Source: Acutalibacteraceae bacterium
GTDB lineage: Bacteria; Bacillota; Clostridia; Oscillospirales; Acutalibacteraceae
Direction of reading: 5' to 3'
NCBI GenBank assembly: GCA_045595685.1
Contig: JAZOAX010000166.1
Coordinates: 1 to 44,788, forward strand
Length of the DNA stretch: 44,788 nt
The notes under the pieces are model-generated. The model worked only from the letters and a program-made list of their open reading frames with translations. It did no database searches and had not been told where the DNA came from. Below, in pieces: positions 24,832-32,532 of the stretch. Numbering within the stretch: the stretch's first letter is position 1; each line of letters begins with the position of its first letter. Made by a program: the position numbers and the translations under genes.

Positions 24832-25147
24832 AATTTTCGGCGTTATCAGGTCAACAACAGGCTTCGGAACCATTGATGTTGAAGCTAAAAATCTGAAAGA
24901 AGTCTTCGGTGAGATTTCCTCCAGAATGGAAAAGGGCTATTACGACAACCTTGAGAAAAAAGAAAAAATGAAAAATGACCCCGATGTCAAATATATCAAG
25001 CCTGTTAACCCTGCCCTTGAGCCTCACAAAAAATTGGAGTTCGGCGATGCCATTGTTTATGTAAACGGTGAACGCTGTATGAAAAAGGGCAAGAAACTTT
25101 CTGACGGTGACGAGATATGGCTTCTTTCTCCTGCCGCAGGCGGTTAA
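24818..25147 (+). CDS. MoaD/ThiS-like ubiquitin-fold sulfur-carrier protein ending in Gly-Gly (109 aa)
   Basis: Start set at ATG 24818, 9 nt after AGGAGG, overlapping the AOR 3' end by 14 nt. The C-terminus is DGDEIWLLSPAAGG-stop. It contains a charged insert of about 35 aa. Confidence 0.7.
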   Translation: MVKVKIFGVIRSTTGFGTIDVEAKNLKEVFGEISSRMEKGYYDNLEKKEKMKNDPDVKYIKPVNPALEPHKKLEFGDAIVYVNGERCMKKGKKLSDGDEIWLLSPAAGG

Positions 25148-25204
25148 GGTGACAGCATAGATAAACTGAAAAAGTAAAAATAAAAAATCAAAGGAGACAT
25201 CACA

Positions 25205-26776
25205 ATGAAAAAAATTATTTCTCTGATGCTCGCGCTTATTATGACTTTTGGCTGCTTCGGACTTTCCTCAGGTGTAATTGCCGTTGATGACAGTTCTGAA
25301 ACAGAAAAAGGCGTTCAGGTGCAGATTGCTCCCTTCCTTTACAAGTCAACCCTTTATCAGATGGAATTCCCCAGCCATCAGTCTTATGACATCAAAGAAA
25401 AGAGCGTTGCAGGTGACTATGCAATCTCCCGTGAACTCAACGACCTTTCCTACACATTTGTATTCCCCGCAGGCACAACAAAAATAGATTGCTCATTGTC
25501 TCTCAACGGCGAGACCGACTGGCGAGGTTTTACAGTTAACTCCACAGAACATCCGTCTTACTGGGAAAAGGACAAAAAAGGCAATATCGACTACACAAAA
25601 CCTCTTACCTTTGTCCGTAGTGAAATCACTGCAGAACGTGACGAATACGGCGTTCTTTACAGAGATTATCTTAAAGATGCATCTGTAGGCGGTTACAGAG
25701 ATATTGACAAAATTTACTGGAAACTCAACTACATTTGCGCAGGAGAAGAAATTACAGAATATTTTGACATCAAGGTTTACGATTACGACAAAGCCGAAAA
25801 ACAAACCGTAAAAGCAGTAAACTTCAATGTTGCAGGTCTTCCCTTTGCTGTATTCCAGGGCACAGATGTTGCCGCTAACCAGAAAGTTGCCGCAAAGTAT
25901 CTTTCAGAAAATAAATTTGACATTGTTGCTGTTCAGGAAGACTTCGGATATCACAAGCAGCTTGTGGGAAGTATGAGCGGTTTCAACTATATGACCAACC
26001 ACACAGGCGACATTCCCGGCGGTGACGGACTTAACATTTTCACCCCTGATATGCCCATTTACAACGAAACAAGAGTTGCATGGAAAGACTCATACGGCAT
26101 TCTTTCTGCCGGCTCTGACGAACTCACCCCCAAAGGTTTCATATACACTGTTATTGATATCGGCAACGGCATTTATGTTGATTTCTATAACTTACACGCA
26201 GACGCATACGCCGGAAAAGGCTCTGTTGCCGCAAGAACAAGCCAGTACAAGCAACTTGCAGAATTCATTCAGGCACGCTCCCGGGAAAATGACAGACCCG
26301 TTATTGTAACAGGCGACTTCAATAACCATATCCACACCCACGAAGACAACGGTGCTCTTTATAAAACACTTTATCTTCAGTGCGGACTTAAAGATGCATG
26401 GATAGAACACCACAACAACGGTGACTATTTCAATATGTATGAATGGCACATAACAGGTCTTCCCGCATGGGGCAACTGGGACTCAGTTGAAAGATTTATG
26501 TATAAATCCGGCGGCGGTGTTGACATTGTTGTAAATGACTTCAGATATGTTGAAGTCTGCGACGGAGACGGTGAAGCGATTTCCGACCACTCATCTGCAG
26601 AGTGCGACTTCACATTCATCAAAACTGAAGACTTTGTTGAAAACAGTCAGAATCTTCAGGTAAACAAACCCCGGAAGAATGACTTCATTCACCATCTTAT
26701 GTGGCTTTTGACCGCTCTTATGAAGATTTTTTCAGACATCGGTAACCTTCCCGAATTAATGAAAGAACTCGGCTGA
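25205..26776 (+). CDS. Secreted endonuclease/exonuclease/phosphatase (EEP) family protein, sphingomyelinase-C-like, with an unknown N-terminal domain of about 190 aa (523 aa)
   Basis: Signal peptide present. FNVAGLP, VAVQEDF, GDFNNH and ISDHSS catalytic-type EEP motifs. The C-terminus has the hydrophobic/amphipathic helix HHLMWLLTALMKIFSDIGNL. Confidence 0.65.
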   Translation: MKKIISLMLALIMTFGCFGLSSGVIAVDDSSETEKGVQVQIAPFLYKSTLYQMEFPSHQSYDIKEKSVAGDYAISRELNDLSYTFVFPAGTTKIDCSLSLNGETDWRGFTVNSTEHPSYWEKDKKGNIDYTKPLTFVRSEITAERDEYGVLYRDYLKDASVGGYRDIDKIYWKLNYICAGEEITEYFDIKVYDYDKAEKQTVKAVNFNVAGLPFAVFQGTDVAANQKVAAKYLSENKFDIVAVQEDFGYHKQLVGSMSGFNYMTNHTGDIPGGDGLNIFTPDMPIYNETRVAWKDSYGILSAGSDELTPKGFIYTVIDIGNGIYVDFYNLHADAYAGKGSVAARTSQYKQLAEFIQARSRENDRPVIVTGDFNNHIHTHEDNGALYKTLYLQCGLKDAWIEHHNNGDYFNMYEWHITGLPAWGNWDSVERFMYKSGGGVDIVVNDFRYVEVCDGDGEAISDHSSAECDFTFIKTEDFVENSQNLQVNKPRKNDFIHHLMWLLTALMKIFSDIGNLPELMKELG

Positions 26777-26792
26777 TTGAATTAAAAGAATA

Positions 26793-26836
26793 ACGCCATT
26801 CCGAAACAGCAGTTCCGGAATGGCGTGTTTTGTTTG
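26793..26836. terminator. Terminator between the EEP gene and the convergent tRNA
   Basis: ACGCCATTCCG / CGGAATGGCGT 11-bp stem, then GTTTTGTTTG. Confidence 0.8.
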
Positions 26837-26882
26837 TGGCGCGGGAAAAAACAAGCAGCAACCTTTCGGTTACTGCATTTCT

Positions 26883-26959
26883 TGGTCGAGGCGACAGGAC
26901 TCGAACCTGCGGCATCTTGCTCCCAAAGCAAGCGCGCTACCAAACTGCGCCACGCCTCG
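26883..26959 (-). tRNA. tRNA-Pro (anticodon UGG), 77 nt with encoded CCA
   Basis: Hand-folded cloverleaf: CGAGGCG/CGCCTCG acceptor, GCGC/GCGC D stem, CTTGC-TTTGGGA-GCAAG anticodon arm (TGG at 34-36, G37), GCAGG-TTCGAGT-CCTGT T arm, discriminator A and CCA. Confidence 0.9.
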
Positions 26960-27132
26960 ATATTATTTACATTTTGAAAAAGTTAGTGCGGTGCTTTTCT
27001 TCTTGCTTTGTCCAAAGCAAGCTTACTCTTGCGGTGCCCAAAATTCATTGCGGCTTGTAGCGCCTATGAATTTTGACCGCTGCGCCATCCTTGCCTTGCT
27101 TCATCGTCCGCAGGACGCGCTTCGGCAACGAT

Positions 27133-27159
27133 GCTACCAAACTGCGCCACGCCTCGATA
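27133..27159 (-). repeat. Exact 27-nt duplicate of the tRNA-Pro 5' end (3 upstream nt + nt 1-24) lying in the tRNA leader
   Basis: GCTACCAAACTGCGCCACGCCTCGATA occurs at 26936-26962 and again at 27133-27159. A degenerate anticodon-arm-like hairpin CTTGCTTT-GTCC-AAAGCAAG lies at 27002-27021. Confidence 0.85.
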
Positions 27160-27199
27160 AAACTTATATAATTTTCGCACCGTTTTTTAATGCCCGAAC

Positions 27200-27228
27200 A
27201 GTATACACCATAGTGCTTGTTTTGTCAA
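27200..27228 (-). promoter_or_regulatory. Sigma-A promoter driving the tRNA-Pro transcript, including its roughly 230-nt leader
   Basis: Minus strand: TTGACA, 17 nt, TATACT. Confidence 0.6.
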
Positions 27229-27349
27229 GATTTTGTTTTGTGCAGATAACTATGTTTTTGGAGTGTATATTCCTATTCAGAAATTTATTATCCTTAAAGG
27301 ATGTTATATTATAAATCAGCAGGACAAAAAATATAAGGAAGGTAAAAAT

Positions 27350-28717
27350 ATGAAGATTTTAATTGTCAACGGCAGTCCGAAAGGTAAGTACAGTATTACT
27401 TTGCAGACCTGCAGATATCTTGAACTCCTTCACCCCGAACACGAATTCAAGGTGCTCAACGCAGGTCAGCAGATTAAAAAACTCCAGAGAGATTTCTCCT
27501 CTGCCGAAGAAATGCTCAGGGAAGCAGAACTTATTATTTTCTCTTATCCAATCTATACTTTTATTGCACCGTCCCAACTGCATTATTTTATAAACCTTAT
27601 GAAAAAATGCGATATCGACTGGTCAGAGAAGTATGCAACACAGATTACCACATCAAAGCACTTTTACGATATCACTGCCCATAAGTATGTTGAAGATAAC
27701 TGCTACGATATGGGGCTCAGGGTTATCAAAGGTCTTTCGGCTGATATGGACGACCTTACAACAGAAAAGGGACAAAAGGAAGCAGAAGAATTTTTCAGAC
27801 TTGTTGCCTGGTCCTGTGAAAACGCTTTTTACGAAAAAGCAGTACCTGCGGCAAAGCCTAAAAAGGCTGTTAAGGTTTCACCCGCACCCTCTATTGTTGC
27901 AAAAGGCTCAGGTGAAGTGGTTATCGTAACAGACTGCGAAAAGGATAACACTCAACTTAAAAATATGATTGAGCGCTTCCGTGCGGTGCTCCCCGTTCAG
28001 TCAAAGATTGTCAACATCGGAGAATATCCCATCAAGGGCGGTTGTCTCGGATGTTTCAACTGTGCGGTTTCGGGTAAATGCGTTTATAAGGACGGATTTG
28101 ACGATATGCTCCGCAACGAAATTCAGTCCGGCTCTGCAATTGTGTATGCATTCACAATAAAAGACCATTCTATGGGTCCCCGTTTCAAGATGTACGATGA
28201 CAGACAGTTCTGCAACGGACACCGTACCGTTACAATGGGTATGCCCGTGGGATACATTGTCAGCGGTGAATATTCAAAAGAAGCAAACCTTCAGATGATT
28301 ATTGAAGGCAGAAGCGAAGTGGGAGGCAACTTCCTTTGCGGTGTTGCAACAGATGAAATCAATCCCGACGGTGAGATTGACCGTCTTGCAAAAACTCTTG
28401 CCTATGCAATTCAGCACAAATACACAAGACCTGCCAACTTTTACGGTGTTGGCGGTATGAAGATTTTCCGTGACCTTATCTACATTATGCAGGGACTTAT
28501 GAAAGCAGACCACAAGTTCTATAAGGCACACGGTCAGTACGATTTCCCCCAGAAGCAAAGACCGAGAATGCTGGCAATGTATCTTGTTGGCGGACTTATG
28601 CTTCTGCCCAAATCAAAGATGCCTGCCAACGCAATGAACGAAGGTATGCTTATGCCTTACAAGGCAGCAATTACCAAGGCACAGAAAATTGCAGAAAGCA
28701 GAAAGAAAGACAAATGA
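27350..28717 (+). CDS. Two-domain flavodoxin-like/NAD(P)H-dependent FMN reductase-like protein with an iron-sulfur-flavoprotein (Isf) type Cys motif in domain 2 (455 aa)
   Basis: Start set at ATG 27350 (AAGGAAGG RBS). MKILIVNGSPKGK... is typical of FMN_red. The second domain has VVIVTD... and C-LG-C-FN-C-AVSGK-C (CX2CX2CX5C). Confidence 0.7.
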   Translation: MKILIVNGSPKGKYSITLQTCRYLELLHPEHEFKVLNAGQQIKKLQRDFSSAEEMLREAELIIFSYPIYTFIAPSQLHYFINLMKKCDIDWSEKYATQITTSKHFYDITAHKYVEDNCYDMGLRVIKGLSADMDDLTTEKGQKEAEEFFRLVAWSCENAFYEKAVPAAKPKKAVKVSPAPSIVAKGSGEVVIVTDCEKDNTQLKNMIERFRAVLPVQSKIVNIGEYPIKGGCLGCFNCAVSGKCVYKDGFDDMLRNEIQSGSAIVYAFTIKDHSMGPRFKMYDDRQFCNGHRTVTMGMPVGYIVSGEYSKEANLQMIIEGRSEVGGNFLCGVATDEINPDGEIDRLAKTLAYAIQHKYTRPANFYGVGGMKIFRDLIYIMQGLMKADHKFYKAHGQYDFPQKQRPRMLAMYLVGGLMLLPKSKMPANAMNEGMLMPYKAAITKAQKIAESRKKDK

Positions 28718-28865
28718 TATATTTTAGATTTTACTGTCAAAAATGAAGTGTATTAACATTTGTTTAACAGATTGTTACTACTAATGTATCATATTTGATG
28801 TATATATAACTGTGCGTGCCTAAAAGGCACAAGAAATCAACTCGGAAAATCAGGAGGCAATCAAA

Positions 28866-29405
28866 ATGAAAAGACTCACAGCAATCGTTCTTGCAGCACT
28901 TATGCTCTTCACACTTGCAGCATGCGCAGGTAACAACGCAACAAACGGCAACGCAGCAACCACTTACGAAGGAACACTTTCTTCTCTTTGCACAAAGATG
29001 TATGAAACAAATCCCCTTGAACTTATGGTTATGACTGAAGGCGCTCCCGTTGATCTTGCAGACGCAGACTCACTCAAGTATTACCTTGGTGTTGAAGATG
29101 CAGCAGCATTCAAAGAAGTAATCTTCTCAGAAACAATGATGGGCTCACAGGCTTACTCACTTGTTCTTGCAAGAGTTGCAGACACTGCAAAAACAGAAGA
29201 ACTCAAATCTTCAATCCTCAACGGCATTGACACAAGAAAATGGATCTGTGTTGAAGCAAACCAGGTTCGCGTTGCATCTGCAGCAGACCTTATTATGCTT
29301 GTTATGGTTGATTCATCATTCGGTGAAACAATTGCAGACGATATGGTTGAAGCATTCAAGACAAATGTTGGGGAACTTACCGGCGAAACTCTTACAAAAG
29401 GCTAA
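28866..29405 (+). CDS. Lipoprotein, DUF4358-like (179 aa)
   Basis: Lipobox LAAC. Size and position (immediately upstream of an MBOAT gene) fit the DUF4358 family. The family assignment is from memory only. Confidence 0.55.
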   Translation: MKRLTAIVLAALMLFTLAACAGNNATNGNAATTYEGTLSSLCTKMYETNPLELMVMTEGAPVDLADADSLKYYLGVEDAAAFKEVIFSETMMGSQAYSLVLARVADTAKTEELKSSILNGIDTRKWICVEANQVRVASAADLIMLVMVDSSFGETIADDMVEAFKTNVGELTGETLTKG

Positions 29406-29412
29406 TTGAATT

Positions 29413-30804
29413 ATGGTATTTTCGTCCCTTGAATTTTTATATGCGTTTCTTCCTTTGGTTTTAGCGGTATATTTTATCGCACCGAAGAAACTTAAAAACA
29501 CAGTGCTTCTGGTGTTCTCTTTCGCATTTTATTGGTGGGGAGAGCCGAAGTATGCGGTTCTGATGCTTGTCACCATAACCTTCTGTTATTTTGCGGGACG
29601 TGTTATTGAAAGAATTCGTGAAACCCGATGGGCAAAGCCGTTACTGATTATATCAGTGGCAGTGCCCCTTGGGTTTCTTGCCGTTTTTAAATATACGGAC
29701 TTTCTTATCTCAACCGTCAACGGCATAACAAATGCCGATATCCCGCTTTTAAAACTTGCACTTCCCATCGGTATCAGTTTCTATACTTTTCAGGCACTCA
29801 GTTATGTTGTGGATGTTTACAGAAAAGATACCCCTGCACAGAAAAACTGGATAAATCTTGCGGCATATATCGTTCTTTTCCCGCAACTTATTGCGGGCCC
29901 CATTGTTCGATACACAACCGTTGCAGAAGACCTTGAGGAAAGAACACACAGCCTTGAAAAAGTGGCAAAAGGTATGCGACGTTTTGTTTTCGGACTCGGC
30001 AAAAAAGTTCTTATTGCAAATATTCTCGGCTCACTTGTAACGGCGTACAGAGTCTCGGCAGAGCCGTCGGTTGTTTTCAGTTGGGTTTATGCTGTGGCAT
30101 ACTCACTGCAGATTTATTTCGACTTCTCTGCCTATAGTGATATGGCAATCGGTATGGGTGACATTTTAGGTTTCAGATTCCTCGAAAACTTTAACTATCC
30201 CTATATTTCAAAAAGCATTACTGAATTCTGGAGAAGATGGCATATTTCTCTCGGCAGCTGGTTCAGAGATTATGTTTACATTCCCCTTGGCGGCAACAGA
30301 ACAACAAAGTTCCGCCATATTATAAATATCCTTATCGTCTGGGCACTTACAGGTATCTGGCACGGCGCAGGATGGACATTTATGAGTTGGGGCGTATATT
30401 TCGGTATTCTGCTTATTCTTGAAAAGTTTATTTTCGGTAAGGCACTTAAAAAGGCACCGTCATTTGTGCAGCATTTTTATGTTGTTTTTGCCGTCATCAT
30501 TTCATTCGTACTTTTCAATGCCACCACTTTCACAGAAGCCTGGACAGACCTTAAAAATATGTTCGGCTTCGGCGGACTTCCGTTTATCACTGCTGATACT
30601 CTTTATAACATCAGGTCATACATTGTGGTGCTTATAGTTGCAATGTTTGCCGCAACTCCCGTATTCAGAAAAATCGGTGAAAGAATTGAAAGCAAAAAGT
30701 TTATGGTTGTAGTTGAGCCTTTGCTTGTTGCATTGGTGCTTGTTGTATGCACGGCATACCTCGTTGACGGCTCATTCAACCCGTTCCTTTATTTCAGATT
30801 TTAG
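29413..30804 (+). CDS. MBOAT family O-acyltransferase (AlgI/DltB-like)
   Basis: Polytopic membrane protein with the signature FWRRWHISLGSWFRDYVYIPLGGN. Confidence 0.9.
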   Translation: MVFSSLEFLYAFLPLVLAVYFIAPKKLKNTVLLVFSFAFYWWGEPKYAVLMLVTITFCYFAGRVIERIRETRWAKPLLIISVAVPLGFLAVFKYTDFLISTVNGITNADIPLLKLALPIGISFYTFQALSYVVDVYRKDTPAQKNWINLAAYIVLFPQLIAGPIVRYTTVAEDLEERTHSLEKVAKGMRRFVFGLGKKVLIANILGSLVTAYRVSAEPSVVFSWVYAVAYSLQIYFDFSAYSDMAIGMGDILGFRFLENFNYPYISKSITEFWRRWHISLGSWFRDYVYIPLGGNRTTKFRHIINILIVWALTGIWHGAGWTFMSWGVYFGILLILEKFIFGKALKKAPSFVQHFYVVFAVIISFVLFNATTFTEAWTDLKNMFGFGGLPFITADTLYNIRSYIVVLIVAMFAATPVFRKIGERIESKKFMVVVEPLLVALVLVVCTAYLVDGSFNPFLYFRF

Positions 30805-30816
30805 GAGGTGCCGAAG

Positions 30817-31911
30817 ATGAAAAAAATGCGATATACAGCAATTATACTTGTTTTCTGTTTTATCATCGGCGGCACAGTGATTTTCAGTGCCTTCAAAGGT
30901 GATGAAGAACTCTCCTCCTGGGAAAGAAGAAAACTTCAGCAATTTCCTCAGGTCAGCTGGTCTTCTCTTCAGAGCGGGGATTTTATGAAAGATTTCGCAA
31001 GTTATCTTTCAGACCAGTTCCCCATGCGTGATATGTTCAGAAGACTGAAAGCAAAAATTCATTTTGATGTGCTTATGCAGAAAGATAATTCAGGTGTTTA
31101 TGTAGCCGACGGTCACGCAAGCAAAATTGACGCAAAACTCAATGAAGATCTTGTGGCAGGCTTCACAGAAAAGGTTACAAAACTTTATTCTGACTATATC
31201 AAAGATACAGACTGCAAGGTATATTACAGTGTGATACCCGACAAAAACTTTTTCCTCAGCGAAAAGAACGGATACCCCGCTTTCGATTACGCTGAACTTT
31301 TCAGTACCGTTGATAAAAATCTTTCATATATGACAAAAATCGACATTACAGATCTGTTGTCAATAGAGGATTACTACACAACGGACACTCACTGGAAGCA
31401 GGAAAAGATCACCGATGTTGCATCGGAAATCCGTGAAAAAATGGGTATGAAGGGTGAAGTTAATTACGAGGAAAAGACCGTTGGCGACTTTTACGGAGTT
31501 TATTACGGACAGTCTGCCCTTGACCTTGCACCTGATGAAATTAAATATCTCACAAACAAAGAAATTGAGTCCTGCTCCGTTTTTAACCTTGAAACAGGAA
31601 AAACCACTGCAGTTTACGATATGAATAAACTTGACAGTATGGACTTATATGATGTTTATCTTTCGGGAGCAGTTTCTTTTATGGAAATCAAAAATCCCAC
31701 CGCAAAAAGCGGCAAAGAACTTGTTGTTTTCCGTGACTCTTTCGGCAGCAGTCTTACTCCCTTGCTTCTTTCGGGCTATGACAAAGTAACATTGATTGAC
31801 ACAAGATATATTATGCCTCAGATGATAGGCGAGTATATCACCTTCAATAATCAGGATGTACTTTTTATTTATTCTTCAATGATGATAAATGCAAGCAACG
31901 CAATGAAATAA
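30817..31911 (+). CDS. DHHW-family protein (AlgX/AlgJ-like SGNH partner of MBOAT), N-terminal membrane anchor (364 aa)
   Basis: Start set at ATG 30817, 8 nt after AGGAGG. YYTTDTHW sits at the position of the family's DHHW signature. FRDSFGS is SGNH-like. Confidence 0.7.
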   Translation: MKKMRYTAIILVFCFIIGGTVIFSAFKGDEELSSWERRKLQQFPQVSWSSLQSGDFMKDFASYLSDQFPMRDMFRRLKAKIHFDVLMQKDNSGVYVADGHASKIDAKLNEDLVAGFTEKVTKLYSDYIKDTDCKVYYSVIPDKNFFLSEKNGYPAFDYAELFSTVDKNLSYMTKIDITDLLSIEDYYTTDTHWKQEKITDVASEIREKMGMKGEVNYEEKTVGDFYGVYYGQSALDLAPDEIKYLTNKEIESCSVFNLETGKTTAVYDMNKLDSMDLYDVYLSGAVSFMEIKNPTAKSGKELVVFRDSFGSSLTPLLLSGYDKVTLIDTRYIMPQMIGEYITFNNQDVLFIYSSMMINASNAMK

Positions 31912-31922
31912 AAAAGCAAATA

Positions 31923-31956
31923 AAAATCCCGTAATACGCGAGTATTACGGGATTTT
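31923..31956. terminator. Bidirectional terminator with TAATACGCGAGTATTA core
   Basis: AAAATCCCGTAATAC-GCGA-GTATTACGGGATTTT between convergent genes. Confidence 0.85.
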
Positions 31957-31969
31957 CTGATGTTAAATC

Positions 31970-32404
31970 TTAGAAGTTGAAGATTTCTGCGAAGTATTCA
32001 AAGAGCATATTGATTCTTTCGAAAATAGACTCAATGAAGTTCCAGAATGACTGGTAACCTGTTGTGTCTTTCTGAGTGTATTCTGCTGTGTAAACAATAG
32101 TCTTTGTTGTTTCGCCTTCAGCAAGTGCGGGTGTGGGGAATGTTGATGTGTGATAGAGTTTGCCGTCTTCACCTTTCCAGCCTGCGAAGGTGTAGTCTGT
32201 GTCGTCTGTGTCTGCTCTTTCAGGACTTGCGGGAACATAAGAAGTAAGGATAGTGCCAGGGTCAACCATAACTTCCTTGATGATTTTGCCGTCCCAGTCT
32301 TTGAATTGAACTGTGATTGCGGGATCTTCTGCTGCAAATGCCATAACTCCTACCATGGAGAAAATAACAAGAACAGAAAGAATAACTGATAATGCTTTTT
32401 TCAT
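31970..32404 (-). CDS. Small secreted protein with one Listeria-Bacteroides (Flg_new) repeat and a C-terminal amphipathic helix (144 aa)
   Basis: Signal peptide ...VMAFA/AEDP. Repeat hallmarks VQFKDWDG...YTFAGWKGEDG...VYTAEY. C-terminus is FWNFIESIFERINMLFEYFAEIFNF. Confidence 0.7.
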   Translation of the reverse strand: MKKALSVILSVLVIFSMVGVMAFAAEDPAITVQFKDWDGKIIKEVMVDPGTILTSYVPASPERADTDDTDYTFAGWKGEDGKLYHTSTFPTPALAEGETTKTIVYTAEYTQKDTTGYQSFWNFIESIFERINMLFEYFAEIFNF

Positions 32405-32461
32405 AGGAATTCCTCCGTTTCAATTGTGTGATAAGTGCTACTGAGGCACTTTAACAATATG

Positions 32462-32490
32462 ATTATAAATCATAAGTGCGTCTTTGTCAA
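32462..32490 (-). promoter_or_regulatory. Sigma-A promoter of the 31970-32404 gene
   Basis: Minus strand: TTGACA, 17 nt, TATAAT. Confidence 0.65.
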
Positions 32491-32532
32491 TATTTTACGG
32501 GATTTTTTACCTTTTGCAAGGCTCGATGGGGG

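Noticed and set aside
26820-27314. ORFs 26820-27314 and 26830-27060 (plus strand) and 26718-26915 (minus strand).
   Set aside because: They run across a terminator, the tRNA-Pro gene and its leader and promoter. They have no RBS and are better explained as non-coding.
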